Of a DNA stretch of 64,000 nt, positions 23,913 to 37,619 are shown piece after piece. The stretch lies in the NCBI RefSeq assembly GCF_006345805.1, contig NC_043021.1, forward strand, positions 13,640,001-13,704,000, written 5' to 3'. A program made the translations under genes and the position numbers. The notes under the pieces were generated by a model. The model was not told where the DNA came from, searched no databases, and saw nothing but the letters and a program-made list of their open reading frames with translations. The stretch is from Octopus sinensis (Eukaryota). Each line of letters starts with the position of its first letter. Position 1 is the first letter of the stretch.

Positions 23913-25871
23913 ATAATCTCAGTTGGTTATGCTTGGGAATTCAGCTAAAAAAGTGTAAGGACAGTTGCTTCTGATAGGGCCCTACGGAAGAGGTGTTCTG
24001 AGAATTCTACCCCTGATGATCTTCCAGGAATAGTTGGTAGTTAAAAGGGATAGATGGTTGGTCAAGGCTGGACTTGCTTTTAATTCTATCTCTATTCAAT
24101 AAGGACTGATGTGGGATTAAACATCATCATAGAACTGGCTAATTGTTCTGTGTAATTAGATAGTACAAGATTAAAAAGGAGATGGCTGACGAGTGATTTA
24201 TCCCATAGGAGAGGAACTGCTTCTTATAAAGACAAGTGACTTATCCACAGGGGCATTTATCTCTCATCACAGTGCCTCAAGTGCTGAACACTTTATTCTA
24301 CATGACTTCAGTTCACTTGATGGCCAAGAACTACTTCCATCTGAGTAGTTTTATTTTTCAAAAATTTTGAGCAAACATATCTCCCTTTGCCAGTGTGTAT
24401 TTCAGATTTTGCAATACTTCAGAAGGGTGTTTAGGTCTACTAATTGCATAGATAGTATCACTTAAATTTTTTCAACTTGCTATATTAGGTATGTGCATAT
24501 TCTACTGTATTTGTATTTTTGCACCCTATATGCTTCCTACATATATATATATTTATCATCCTTAATCTTACCAGCTGAGTAGAATATACTTCCCTGAAGG
24601 CCTAAGATAGCTAAAACATGCCTGTTGCTTTCATTGGTTGGCTTAGCTTTAGTTTTGTGTTCAAACTGACCAGATCCTGCCTCTCACACCTATCCTACAA
24701 TGTCATTTTGAAAATATACAATCATATCATTGAAATCTCAATACTACAAGATGATAAATGTTTAGCTGAAAACAATATGAATAAATAAACATTCCATTTG
24801 ACAGAGTAATGTGAATACTAAAGGGCTGGACTTGATTTGCTCCAATTTGCATTGTCTAGATTGTCCAAAAATTTCAATCAGCTGATCTTAGTGGAATTAT
24901 CTCCCTTGTTATTTACAGATGTTGCACACCTTTGAGGGTAGTTTTTGTTTACTAATTTCCATAGATAGTTGCAATTAATAGAAGTTTTTCAGCTCACTGT
25001 CTTGCGTAATATGTCTCCTTGGCAATTTCTCTCAGCCTTGTTGTCCAAAACAGGTGCCATTTGGGGAATCTTGAGGGACTTTCATACTGCATCTGACTGC
25101 TTTTGAAATAGGACAGTCTGTTCTGTTAGCTATTGGGGCAAAGAGCATCTACCAGATCTGGTGAATGTTAATTTAGAAGAGTCTGGTGTCCTATCCAGAG
25201 AGAAGTTTACATCTCATCACTGTATCTCATGAGCAGAACACTTCATTGCTTCTATCCGGGAGCCCAACCTGCTAGAAATAGCAGCCAAGTAGTTTTCTAA
25301 GCACATTCTGCCATCTTTAATGCAAGAAGGGGGACATTAGTTAATGAGGTCCTGCATACTCCTGAAAATGAGTTGTCTGTGTCTAGAATGTCTTTGAACT
25401 GTCTTAGGGTTAAACAGCAATAACAACATTTGTTTAGCTGTTGGAAGGAATGGGTGCACCCAGATGATACAAGTCAACTCCGATCCAAACATGACCACTC
25501 ATAATTTCTTTTCAAGTTTGCTCTCGCACTCCATCACTACCATCTTTATCTCTTTCCCATCTACTTGCACTCATCCTTATATAATGTACGGTAGCCATGT
25601 GTCTCATTTGATAGCAACACACCTGTGTTTGTCCCTCTGTCATGCTTTAGCCTTTCAACACCTCGTTAGTTGTCGGAGCAGTGCATCCTTAAAAACTTCC
25701 ATGCTTCCTGAGATTCGCCAATACTACACCTGATTTTCTCCCCTCCATACACACGCAAGCATGTATCTGACTCATACACTGTTCGCTTTCCAGACATTTG
25801 TACATTACTGCATATGCTTTATACGCACTTATGACAAGTTGTGGTGCATCTGAGCACTGTATACAATAATT

Positions 25872-25902
<31 letters not shown>

Positions 25903-26299
25903 AATGCCATCTGCTCCTCTCAAGTACACATCTTACTTAGTTGCAGGATGAGGGCAGGGACCTTCCTTTCTTTTTCTTTTCTCCCTGTTATTTGCTTTCT
26001 AACAAGTTACCTGACAACCCCACTAGTGTTAGTTGAATGGAAAAAACACCCAGTACATGTTGTCAGGTGGTTGGTTTTAAGAAGGGCATCTGGCCATAGA
26101 AATTATGCCAAAGCAGACATTGCATCTCAGCGCAGCCCTCTGAATCACTGGGTCTTGTCAAACTGTCCAACCCATGCCAGCATGGAAAATGATTATTGAA
26201 GTCAAATGATGACAATGACATAATGCAGGGTATCCTTCTTTAACCATCTTGCTTTTTTTTTTGAGGTGTCTAATGGACACATTTGCCAAAAAGATAGGG

Positions 26300-26790
26300 T
26301 GTGATTTGAGGGCAATTTGGTTGCTATTTCTAGCTGGTTGACTGACCACGTCAAGGCACTGTTATTGATTTGACCATCTATTTCTTATAGACACTGATGT
26401 TATATCCAGAATCAATATTTATCTCCTTATCACATATCAGCAACAGCTCCGTTTTTTTGTGACATTTAAGAAGATTTTGCTTCTATTTCTAGCTTGTTGA
26501 CTGACCACTTATAGGCACTCACTTTGGTTTAACTATTCTCTTACAGACATTAGTGTTGTATCCAGGGTTAAGGATCAATATTTATCTCCTTATATCACAG
26601 ATCATTTTCAGCTCCTTTTTTTTTGGTGAGATTTAAAGGAGATTTTGCTTCTATTTTTAGCTTGTTGACTGACCACACGCAGGCACTCTCATTGACTTAA
26701 CTATTCTCTTATAGTCACTAGTATTGTATACAGGATGGAGGATCAATATTTATCTCCCTAGATCACAAATCATTCACAGCCCCTTTTTTC
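26300..26790. repeat. Three diverged tandem units of ~160 bp
   Basis: GTTGACTGACCAC near 26337, 26496 and 26664; ATCAATATTTATCTCC three times. Confidence 0.85.
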
Positions 26791-27591
26791 AAAACAAGTT
26801 TAACAGGCCCCACTGAAGGCCTAGTGCGGTTGTCACTGTGGTTATTAAGTCAACCTAAACTGAAAACTTTTATCCCACTTCTTGTTATTGCCTCCTAGAA
26901 TTTCAGGCTTACCCTGTCCAGCTAATATGGTAGGATCCTCATTTCTCCACACATTTATAAACCTATTTAAATAAATGAAATTCAAATCAACAGTTGACCT
27001 TCGACTCGTTAGTGTTTCTCTCTTTCTTTCTTTTTATCTCTCTTCACCTACCTCCTACTGCTCTCCCCCACTATCTTCTCAATCATCTACCTCCCACTGT
27101 CCTCTCTCATGTTTACTTCCCACTACTATCTCTCTTGCTGTCTCTCTCTCTCCCATCTCCTACTGCATAAATGCAGTATGTTTATAATTTTATATATTTA
27201 TATATGTCTCTATATAAAGGTGTACATATACATTTGAAGATGTGAGTGGCTGTATAGGTGTGCTTGATGAATGTGCTTGCACATGTTTAGTAGTAGTTGT
27301 GTGTTTGTGTGTATATATAGGTAGGCAGATAGATAGATAGATATCCATATGAACATATTTTTATTGGTGCAGAAGAGTGTGTGTATATACATACACAAAT
27401 AGATTTTCCAGGAGTAGTGGAGGTTCCCATTATTTTCAACAAAGCTGTAGGGAGGACAGCTCTTCCACAAAAATGATACTCTGACATAAAACTTGCAGTC
27501 CAAAGAGTACCAGTCATCTTGCAATGCTTGTCTCTGTAACCTACCATAGCAACGGAGAGAGTGGCAAAAGTGCTGTACAAGCTTTTACTGC

Positions 27592-27808
27592 CTAATCCTT
27601 TCGATATCAACCTGCCCAAGACTGCCCTTGGTTCTCTGGTACAAACTTGCCATTTTAAAGTGATCTAAATTACAATTTCCAATGAAAATAATGTTCCAAA
27701 TATCTGTTTAATAACGACTGAGTTAGTTTACTATATTCTTCATTATTTTTTAAATCAATTGAAACAGAAGTGTATTTAAAAGAACCTATATGGTAACAAA
27801 AGGGTTAA
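27592..27808. mobile_element. piggyBac-like MITE (second family)
   Basis: Ends CTAATCCTTTCGATATC and GGTAACAAAAGGGTTAA are imperfect inverted termini with TTAA. Confidence 0.6.
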
Positions 27809-28029
27809 ATCCAATGACATACAGATATTTCACTATTCATTTCATTTCTTGGCTTGTTTTGTGTTTTATCAAGTCCTACGGTGATGGATGCATGTGGGCT
27901 TGAAAAGTCATAACTGTGGACATGCAAGGATGAAAGTCAATCAGAACAATCAGGTTGAATGTGAGACGGCTATCATCTGACAGGACGAGGCAAAATTTAT
28001 GTAAATGTGTGTGAATATGAATCTCTATG

Positions 28030-28266
28030 CAGTAATCCCTCGCCATATTGTGGTTCACCTATTGTGCACTCAGTACATCGTGGTTCACCTATAGCACACT
28101 CAATACATTGTCGATTTTTCTGGCTAATATATGTAAATTTATATCATGAACTCCTCAGTGTATCATAGGTTTCTGTGGCCAATAGGTATTTATATTTTTT
28201 TTAGATTTTAATTATTTCTGTGGGAGGTTTTGGAACATAACACCCCCAATAGTCGAGGAATTACTG
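28030..28266. mobile_element. pogo/Tigger-like MITE
   Basis: TIRs CAGTAATCCCTCG and CGAGGAATTACTG, followed by TA. Confidence 0.7.
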
Positions 28267-28866
28267 TATTTAAATATCATACATTTATATGTGGCAAAAG
28301 GCATTGTCCTTATGCATTTACTTGCATGTATAGGTAATGACATGTTGCTACTTGTATGCATTTGTCTACACTTATGTACTTCAAATATAAATAGCCATGA
28401 TAGAAAGAGATTAGAAAATCCTTATATATATTCGGAGTAACATAATTTTCACACTCCAAAACTTCCTAAAAATACCAGCTAATAACACCAATGACAAACC
28501 CAACCTCAGTGTCACCTATGCTGTAATCATAAATTGTTTTTGCAAACCTTGAAATACCACAAGATCAGCCTTATATACAACGGATGTCCACGCATGACTG
28601 AACCTTATACAATAGCAAAATTCCTATATCAAACCAAATTAAGTCTTTTCATAACTTTCTACCAATGCCTCATATTAGAGACATATTTCTCTTCTTTCCG
28701 CCTTTATTCCCCTTTCCTATGCAATTGCTTCCCCTGTCTACATAATATCATACATGATTTATCATTCATATTACCCACCTACTAGAAAAACAACTTGCCA
28801 AAGACTATGTAAAGCCAGGAAGTCAGTGTGAACCCTTTTCTTGTAACAATTAATAAATATATATAT

Positions 28867-29017
28867 GGGTGCAGGCATGGCTGTGTGGTAAGAAGCTTGC
28901 TTCCCAGCCACATGGTCCAGGGTTCAGTCCCACTGCGTAGCACCTTGGGCAAGTGTCTTCTACTAGGGCAATCAAAGCCTTGGGAGTGGATTTGGTTGAC
29001 AGAAACTCAAAGAAGCC

Positions 29018-29049
<32 letters not shown>

Positions 29050-29377
29050 CTTTGTGTCTGTGTTTGTCTCCCACCACCATTTGACAACTGGTGTTGGTGT
29101 GTTTGCATCCCTGTAACTTAGAAGTTTGGCAAAAGAGACCGATAGAATAAGTATTCTTTTATTCTTTCACTTGTTTCAGTCATTTGATTGCACCCATGCT
29201 GGAGCACCGCCTTTAGTCAAACAAATCGACCCCAGGACTTTATCTTTATAAGCCTAGTACTTATTCTATCGGTCTCTTTTGCCGAAATGCTAAATTACAG
29301 GGATGCAAACAGACCAACATTGGTTGTCAAGCAATGGTGGGGGACAAACACAGACACACACTCAAATATACACATAC

Positions 29378-29411
<34 letters not shown>

Positions 29412-29682
29412 ATGGGTTTCTTTCAGTTTCCGTCTATTAAATCCACTCACAAGGCTCTAGTTGGCCTGCAGCTATAGTAGAAGACACTGGCCCAAGGGGC
29501 CACACAGTGGGACTGAACCTGGAACCTGTGGTTGGGAAGCAAGCTTCTTACCACACAGCCACACTGCGCCTATTATTAGACTTACAAAATAAGTCCTGGA
29601 GTCAATTCATTTGACTAAAAATTCAAGGTGGTGCTACAGCATGGCCACAGTCGAGTGACTGGAACAAGTAATAATTAAAAGA
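28867..29682. mobile_element. SINE A (+) interrupted by a full-length SINE A (-) at ~29158-29570
   Basis: The plus copy breaks at AATAAGTATT (~29155) and resumes at TTAGACTTACAAAATAAGTCCTGG (~29575). Confidence 0.85.
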
Positions 29683-30100
29683 TACTGTCACCATCATTAT
29701 ATAACATGTGTTTTCCATGCTGGTACAACAGGATCTGGTGAACCACAGGATATCACCAGCTTTGACATGGTCTCTTCAGCTGGATGTCCTTTCTAACACC
29801 ATCCTGTTTACAATGTGTACTGGTTGCTTTTTCATGCCCCTGGTAGTAGAGAGGTTGCCAAGTAACTTACAAGACAGGAAAAGAAGAAGAAAAAGCCTTC
29901 TCAACTAAGTGGGGAGGGAGAGTGTTTGACAAGAGGAATGTAGTTTTATACCAGCTGTTGAGATACTAAAGTAAGATAGAAGGACAAGCAGAGCGGTTTT
30001 GGAATGTAACACCCCCGATAGTTTATATGTGGCAAAATGCATTGTCCTTATGTATTTACTTACGCATGTCATTCCATCACTCCTATAGAATGACAGAGCA

Positions 30101-30132
<32 letters not shown>

Positions 30133-30133
<1 letters not shown>

Positions 30134-30417
30134 GAGGCACAATGGCCCAGTGGTTAGGGCAGTGGACTTGTGGTCGTAGGGTCGTGGTTTCGATACCCAG
30201 ACCTGGTGTTGTGAGTGTTTATTGAGCGAAAACACCTAAAGCTCCACGAGGCTCCAGCAGGGGGTGGTGGCGATCCCTGCTGTACTCTTTTGCCACAACT
30301 TTCTCTCACTCTTCACTTAGCCAGCGGGCTGGTGTCATTTGAAGACTAAAACAATGCGAAGCGCATTGTGACCAGTGATGTGTAGCAACATCTGATAGCC
30401 TGGTTGGTCACGGTGAT
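30133..30417 (+). mobile_element. tRNA-derived SINE family E
   Basis: Head GGAGGCACAATGGCCCAGTGGTTAGGGCAG..GGTTTCGATACCC (A and B boxes) with a body unrelated to families A, B and D. Confidence 0.7.
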
Positions 30418-30812
30418 CCATGGCTGTGTGGTAAGAAGCTTGCTTCCCAACCACATGGTTCTGGGTTTAGTACGACTGCATGACACTTTGGGTAAGTGTC
30501 TTTCACTATAGCCTTGGGCTGTCCAAAGCCTTGTGAGTGGATTTAGTAGAGAGAAACTGAAAGAAGCCCATTATATATATTTATATATATTTATGTGTGT
30601 ATGTGTGTGTGTCTGTGCTTGTTCCCCCATCATCGCTTGACAACTGATGCTGGTATGTTTATGTCCTTGTAACTTAGCAGTTCATCAAAAGAGACTGATT
30701 GAATAAGTACTAGGCTGACAAAAGGTCCTGGGGGTGGATTTCTTTGAGTAAAAACCCTTCAAGTTGGTGCTCCAGTATGGCCACAGCCAAATGACTGAAA
30801 CAAGTAAAAAAG
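30418..30812 (+). mobile_element. SINE family A
   Basis: Head and tail as in the other copies; CpG-depleted. Confidence 0.85.
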
Positions 30813-31484
30813 AAAGAAGTAAAAGAAAATACACACACATACACACCCATATAAGACAAGGTATAAATAATGGTCATTACAGCTGTTTCCTTTATTGGAG
30901 TAAATTTGGCCTTACAGCTGTTTCCAGTAGTCATTATAGGTACATTACTGATAGGTTTGCACAATTTGTCTATTGATCAGAATATAGAGTTGTGATGAAC
31001 CATAACCTTGGACCTTGCCATAAGAATACTCGTAGTTCTTCTCTGATCTAGACAATATTGTTAGCCTGGTGTACCAACAGAGAGCATATGAAGTGTCTTG
31101 CCCAGATTAATAATTCCTTACTATTAGGTCTGACTGTGTGGTAAGAAGCTTGCTTCCGAATCATATGGTTCTGGGTTCAGTCCCACTGTGTGGCACCTTG
31201 GGCATGTGACTCCTACCATAGCCTTGGGCCGACCAAAGCCTTGCGAGTGAATTTGGTGGATGAAAACTGAAAGAAGCCTGTCGTGTGTGTGTATATATAT
31301 ATATATATATAATATATATATATATGTATGTATTTATGTATATATCTATAAATTAGTCTTGGTTCAGTTTGTTTGACTAAAACCTTTCAAGGTGGTGCTC
31401 CAGTATGGCCGCAGAAAATTGCTGAAATAAATAAATATATATATATATTATATATATATAAAAGAATATATATATATATATATA

Positions 31485-32261
31485 TTCTTTTATTCTCTTA
31501 CTTGTTTCAGTCATTTGATTGCAGCCATGCTGGGGCACGATCTTTAGTCGAACAAAGTGACCCCAGGACTTCTTCTTTGTAAGCCTAGTACTTATTGTAC
31601 CAGATTCTTTTGCTGAACTGCTAAGTTACGGGGACATAAACATACCAACATTGGTTGTCAAGTGATGGAGGGGGAGGACTGACACAGACACACAAATAAA
31701 TATATATGTATGACGGGCTTCTTTCAGTTTCTCTCTGCCAAATCCACTCACAAGGCTTTGGTTGGCCCAAGATTGTAGTAGAAGACACTTGCCCAAAGTA
31801 CCATGCAGTGGGACTGAACCCAGAACCATATAGTTGGGAAGCAAGCTTCTTACCACACAGCTATGTCTTTCTCTATCTATATTCATTCATCTTTTGGCAC
31901 CCAATCTCAACCGGTTAGGATTTACAGTGCAGGTTATACTATTCATTTTTTTGATTACTGCTGAATACAAAATTGTGGCCTGTGAGACACCTGTTCAGGT
32001 GATTTTCCTGAGTGAGTCACCATCCTGCACTCGTATGCCAATCTGTCACAAAGTTACCCTGTTACAACTGGGTGGACCACAGCAACGTGAATGAAGTTTT
32101 TTGCTCAATAACACAATGCATTGCTGGTCTGGAAATTGAAACCACAATCTCGCATGTCATCAGAACACCCACCCACCAAGCCACGCACCTTCACTATCTA
32201 TATATGTACACACACATACATTCATAGACACACACATGCAAGCATATACATACATACACTA

Positions 32262-32293
<32 letters not shown>

Positions 32294-33095
32294 TCTTTTA
32301 TTCTCTTACTTGTTTCAGTCATTTGATTGCAGCCATGCTGGGGCACGATCTTTAGTCGAACAAAGTGACCCCAGGACTTCTTCTTTGTAAGCCTAGTACT
32401 TATTGTACCAGATTCTTTTGCTGAACTGCTAAGTTACGGGGACATAAACATACCAACATTGGTTGTCAAGTGATGGAGGGGGAGGACTGACACAGACACA
32501 CAAATAAATATATATGTATGACGGGCTTCTTTCAGTTTCTCTCTGCCAAATCCACTCACAAGGCTTTGGTTGGCCCAAGATTGTAGTAGAAGACACTTGC
32601 CCAAAGTACCATGCAGTGGGACTGAACCAGAACCATATAGTTGGGAAGCAAGCTTCTTACCACACAGCTATGTCTTTCTCTATCTATATTCATTCATCTT
32701 TTGGCACCCAATCTCAACCGGTTAGGATTTACAGTGCAGGTTATACTATTCATTTTTTTGATTACTGCTGAATACAAAATTGTGGCCTGTGAGACACCTG
32801 TTCAGGTGATTTTCCTGAGTGAGTCACCATCCTGCACTCGTATGCCAATCTGTCACAAAGTTACCCTGTTACAACTGGGTGGACCACAGCAACGTGAATG
32901 AAGTTTTTTGCTCAATAACACAATGCATTGCTGGTCTGGAAATTGAAACCACAATCTCGCATGTCATCAGAACACCCACCCACCAAGCCACGCACCTTCA
33001 CTATCTATATATGTACACACACATACATTCATAGACACACACATGCAAGCATATACATACATACACTAACACACACATATATATATATATATAAT
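31485..33095. repeat. Near-identical tandem duplication, unit ~808 bp (SINE A minus + spacer + CORE-SINE minus)
   Basis: TTCTTTTATTCTCTTACTTG at 31485 and 32293; one 1-bp indel (GAACCCAG vs GAACCAG); junctions in (TA)n. Confidence 0.95.
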
Positions 33096-33154
33096 ATATA
33101 TATATATATACATATGCTTACAAAAATACATGTATATATATGTATATATATATA

Positions 33155-33210
<56 letters not shown>

Positions 33211-33436
33211 AAGATAGGTAGATATATAAACACATAAATATATGCATGGATATAGATTGATTGTCTACTCCAAATATGTTTAGTGTCTGCGTGTAGAATA
33301 TATACATTCATACATAATGAATTCTTAATGTATGTGCTTAGAGCATCTCTCTCTCTCTCTCACATACACACACTCACACACACACATGCATTGTTCAGTG
33401 AAGACTTAATATATAAATATCCATACCCACACATAC

Positions 33437-33502
<66 letters not shown>

Positions 33503-33961
33503 AATTCTACATCTGCTCCTATACGGTGAGGTGCGAAGATGTTCTTTTCCTTCTCTCTCCTCTCTAGGACAGTTTTCCCCCCTTTCTCCCTACTCCTACA
33601 CCTCATCATTACCACATGACTATTTATCTTCCCTTTCCTCATACCGCCACCACACTTACTACTACTACTACTACTACCACCTCCTCGCTGCTACACCGAC
33701 AAACTTGCCTCTCCTATAGTCGGATTAATCAATGGAAACCTTATCACTAAACCACATACATCATCGACATGCAATCGGCAAGCACCGAGGTGTCTAATAT
33801 ATTATCATTATTATCATTATGTTGGTATTGAGTGATGCTGGAAAAGGACATTATATATATATATATATACACACACACACAAACATATGTACATATGTAG
33901 GCTATTATCTGTATGTATGTATATATGTGTGTTTATATATATATTTATACCTGTATATGTG

Positions 33962-34001
<40 letters not shown>

Positions 34002-34169
34002 TATGTATATACAATATATATATATATACACATGTATATGTATATATTTATACATGTTTCTATGTATGTATGCATGTATGTATCTGTGTATCTATCTATC
34101 TATATATATATATATGTGTATGTGTGTGTGTATATATATATGTATGTATATATATATATATATACACAT

Positions 34170-34211
<42 letters not shown>

Positions 34212-34284
34212 ATACATATATATATATCTGAAATAGTGTAAAGAAAGGGAAAAATAATAATGGCTAAAGAGGTACTGGTATCAC

Positions 34285-34427
34285 TGTGGCTCATCAGTTT
34301 TCTTTCCTAACCACATGGATCCAGGTTCAGTCCCATTGCCTGGCACCTTGGTCAAGTGTCTTCTATTATAGCCCCAGGCTGGACAATATCTTGTAAGTTG
34401 ATTCTGTAAACAGAGACTGAAATGGAC

Positions 34428-34465
<38 letters not shown>

Positions 34466-34745
34466 TGTGTGTGTATGTGTGTGTGTATAAATTTATATAT
34501 ATGTGTCTCCTTGTCTTGGCATCATGTGATGGCTGCGAATAGATGTTGCTGCCACACAAGCAGTCATTCATTTCCAATATTCTGTGAAAACATGTGTGAC
34601 CATGGGGAAATATTACCTTGCTTGGAAACAGGTAAGGTGCTGGCAACAAGAAGGGCACTGGTCAGTAAAAATCTGCCATCTGCCTCAATCAACTTCATCT
34701 GATCTGTGCAAGCAAGCAAGGAAACATTTGCAATAGAATGATGAT
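34285..34745 (+). mobile_element. Chimeric SINE (A2): family-A tRNA head joined to an RTE-type tail
   Basis: Head CCACATGGATCCAGGTTCAGTCCC..AAGTGTCTTCTA, (TG)n, then GGAAACAGGTAAGG..GGCAACAAGAAGGGCA..ATGATGAT; a second copy lies at ~56790-57190. Confidence 0.65.
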
Positions 34746-34777
34746 ACACCTGATCAGCTCTGTGCAATAGTCTACAG

Positions 34778-34977
34778 CAGTGGTTTTCAACCAGGGTTCT
34801 GCCAGTACAGTCCAGGGGTTCCGCAAGAAGTTACAAAACTGCTAAAATCAGCAGTAATTTTTAATTCTCCTGTGCAGATATGTGTGCATAAGACTATTAA
34901 ATTATTGCACAGGGTTCCTCGAGCCAGTGGAATGTTTCCTTGGGGTTCCACTCCAGCAAATAGTTTGAAAAGCACTG
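34778..34977. mobile_element. hAT (Charlie-like) MITE with a perfect 8-bp TSD
   Basis: TIRs CAGTGGTTTTCAA and TTGAAAAGCACTG; GTCTACAG on both sides (34770-34777 and 34978-34985). Confidence 0.9.
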
Positions 34978-35359
34978 GTCTACAGTCTAAGTATAGCAGC
35001 CTCTGGGCTGTTCGTTGGTGTACCAACTATTGATGTTACTAATGTACATTGATGTATAGAGCAGAAACATTGAGCCTTCGGTCATATGTGATGAATGCAA
35101 AGCACACAGAGCATTCAGTTGTCAAGGTGGTGCTGTAGCATGGCTTTGACTGTAATGGCTGAAATAAATTAGAGAACATACACACACTTGTGCAGGTGCC
35201 ATGTAAAGAAAAAAAACTGGTTGACATTAAAATGGGTATCCAGCTATAGGAATCATACCAAAGTAGGCTCTGGAACTTGATGTGACCCACTGGCTTGCCA
35301 GTGCATGTAGAGCAACCCAGCCCATGCTAGCCTGGAGAATGGACATAAAATGATGATGA

Positions 35360-35553
35360 TTTATCTATCTTTGTCTGTCTGTCTTTCTGTTTATCTTTCT
35401 TAAGCTATCTATCTTTATTTATCTTTCTCTATATCTGTCTGTCTATCTTTATCTATCTATCTTTATCTGTCTGTCTGTCTGTCTATCTATCTGTCTATCT
35501 ATCTGTCTATCTATCTGTCTATCTATCTGTCTATCTATCTGTCTATCTATCTG

Positions 35554-35600
<47 letters not shown>

Positions 35601-35892
35601 GTCTATCTGTCAGTCTATCCGTTTATCTATCTGTTTATCTATCTGTCTATCTGTCAGTCTATCCGTTTATCTATCTGTTTATCTATCTGTCTATCTGTCA
35701 GTCTATCCGTTTATCTATCTGTTTATCTATCTGTCTATCTGTCAGTCTATCCGTTTATCTATCTGTTTATCTATCCGTCTATCTATCTGTCTATCTATCT
35801 GTCTATCTGTCTTTATCTATCTATCTATCTATCTATCTTTATCTATGTCTGTCTGTCTGTCTATCTATCTGTCTGTGTGTCAATCTATCTAT
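35360..35892. repeat. (TCTA/TCTG)n array with a higher-order unit
   Basis: CTGTCAGTCTATCCGTTTATCTATCTGTTTATCTAT repeated about four times. Confidence 0.92.
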
Positions 35893-36269
35893 GCACACTT
35901 ATGCATACGCACATATATATACACTGATATGCATACACATCTGTAGACATACATATACACACCCATACACCTACACATGCATACACACATACACACTCAA
36001 ACACACATGATGTCTTTGTGTTGAACAGAACGTTATCTTTCTTTTCTCCTTGTATTAAAGTAATATAATGTCCACATCTCATCTAATATCCTGCTTATAT
36101 AACATCATTTAAGATAATTCACAATTGCTTGTTTATGAGACACTTGGGATACGTATCTAAGTGGTGTGTGTGTGAATATACAGTACATAGATACATGTAT
36201 GTGTCTAGTCATCATCTGTGTGTGTGTGAATATTTATGTCTGTCAATGTATGTGTGTGTGCATGTGTGA

Positions 36270-36324
<55 letters not shown>

Positions 36325-37619
36325 TGTGTGCCTGTATGTATGTATGCTTTTGTCTATGTCTACATGGGTGTGAATATATGTATTTTTAATGGTGTGTGTG
36401 TGTGTGTGTGAATATATGCATGTGTCTATGTCATGTATATGTTTGAATGAAAACTCATTTTTCATTGTGATAGGACAGAAAAATTGTGAAAATTCAGTTC
36501 ACAGTCGTGAAGCTCCATGTTTGATGCGTTGGCAGCATGTTGGATAACAGGCACATGCCGTTAGTAATTACTCAGGGTAGGCAGTTGGTGACGTTTATGT
36601 AGTAAAACACACAAAAAATAAGCGAAACACTGGCGCACGACTGAGTTGGAGGCAGACTTACTTCTGCCTTCATAGTGTGTAAAGAAAACGTTGTTGTAGG
36701 AATGTACGCAGCATGTGTACTACAGCAGTACTATACGTAGCCTTAATACTGAGATTGAAAGGCAGGGGTGAATTATGCCTACCTAATCTACAAAAAAGAT
36801 AAAATATTTTGCATTTTATGTATAGTAATCAGAGTAACCTTCATAGTTTTTTTTTATTGAATTTATGTGCATATTTTGCCATAAAAGGAAAACATTACTA
36901 TCAATCTATTTTATTCAGGGTAGGCACACTGCCTACCTTGCCTACCCAGGTGGCACATCCCTGTTGGATAAGTATCTTCTAAATACAGTCTTAGGCTGAC
37001 CCAGGATTTTTTGAGTGGAATTGGGTAGACGAGATTTATGTAGAAGTCACTGGTATGGACAGGACCTGCAATTCGAAAGACCAGGTTTGTGACATCATGA
37101 CAGACTGTTTCTGCCTGAGGGTTATGCTAATGTTCAAGTGTTTATGGTATACTTGGCTGCTTACACGAAAATACAGAGAAAGAAATTGCATGGAAGCCCA
37201 TCAGATTGCCTCTATACATATGACCAAAAGTCTTGATCTTGTCATGCACACATACACACACACACAACCAAGTGTCTGGGAGATAGTTTCATTGATCTAG
37301 CATACTAATTGTCAAAACCAGCAGAGGATCTATTTGCTTTTTATGTGCAGTTAGGTATGTGTGTGTGTGATTCTTTTAGATGGAATTCATTTTAAGTTTC
37401 TGGAACCTAAAGTTTCTTGCTGATAGGTATCAACAAAAATTTCCATCAACCAAAATTTATTTCAAGTCTGATAATTATTCTGTTGGACTCTTTTGCTGAA
37501 CTGCTAAATTATGGGACATAAACAAACCAAGACTGGTTGTCAAGAAATGGTGGCAGGACAAACACAAACATAAGGATGCACATGCATACACATACACGTG
37601 TGAGTGTGTGTGTGTGTGT

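Noticed and set aside
23950-25255. Two similar segments (24255-24298 and 25206-25247) suggesting paralogous exons
   Set aside because: One has an in-frame stop and neither has splice sites; more likely two old copies of an unclassified repeat.
27400-27540. Minus-strand open stretch QDDWYSLDCKFYVRVSFLWKSCPPY
   Set aside because: No clear donor site and no recognisable homology.
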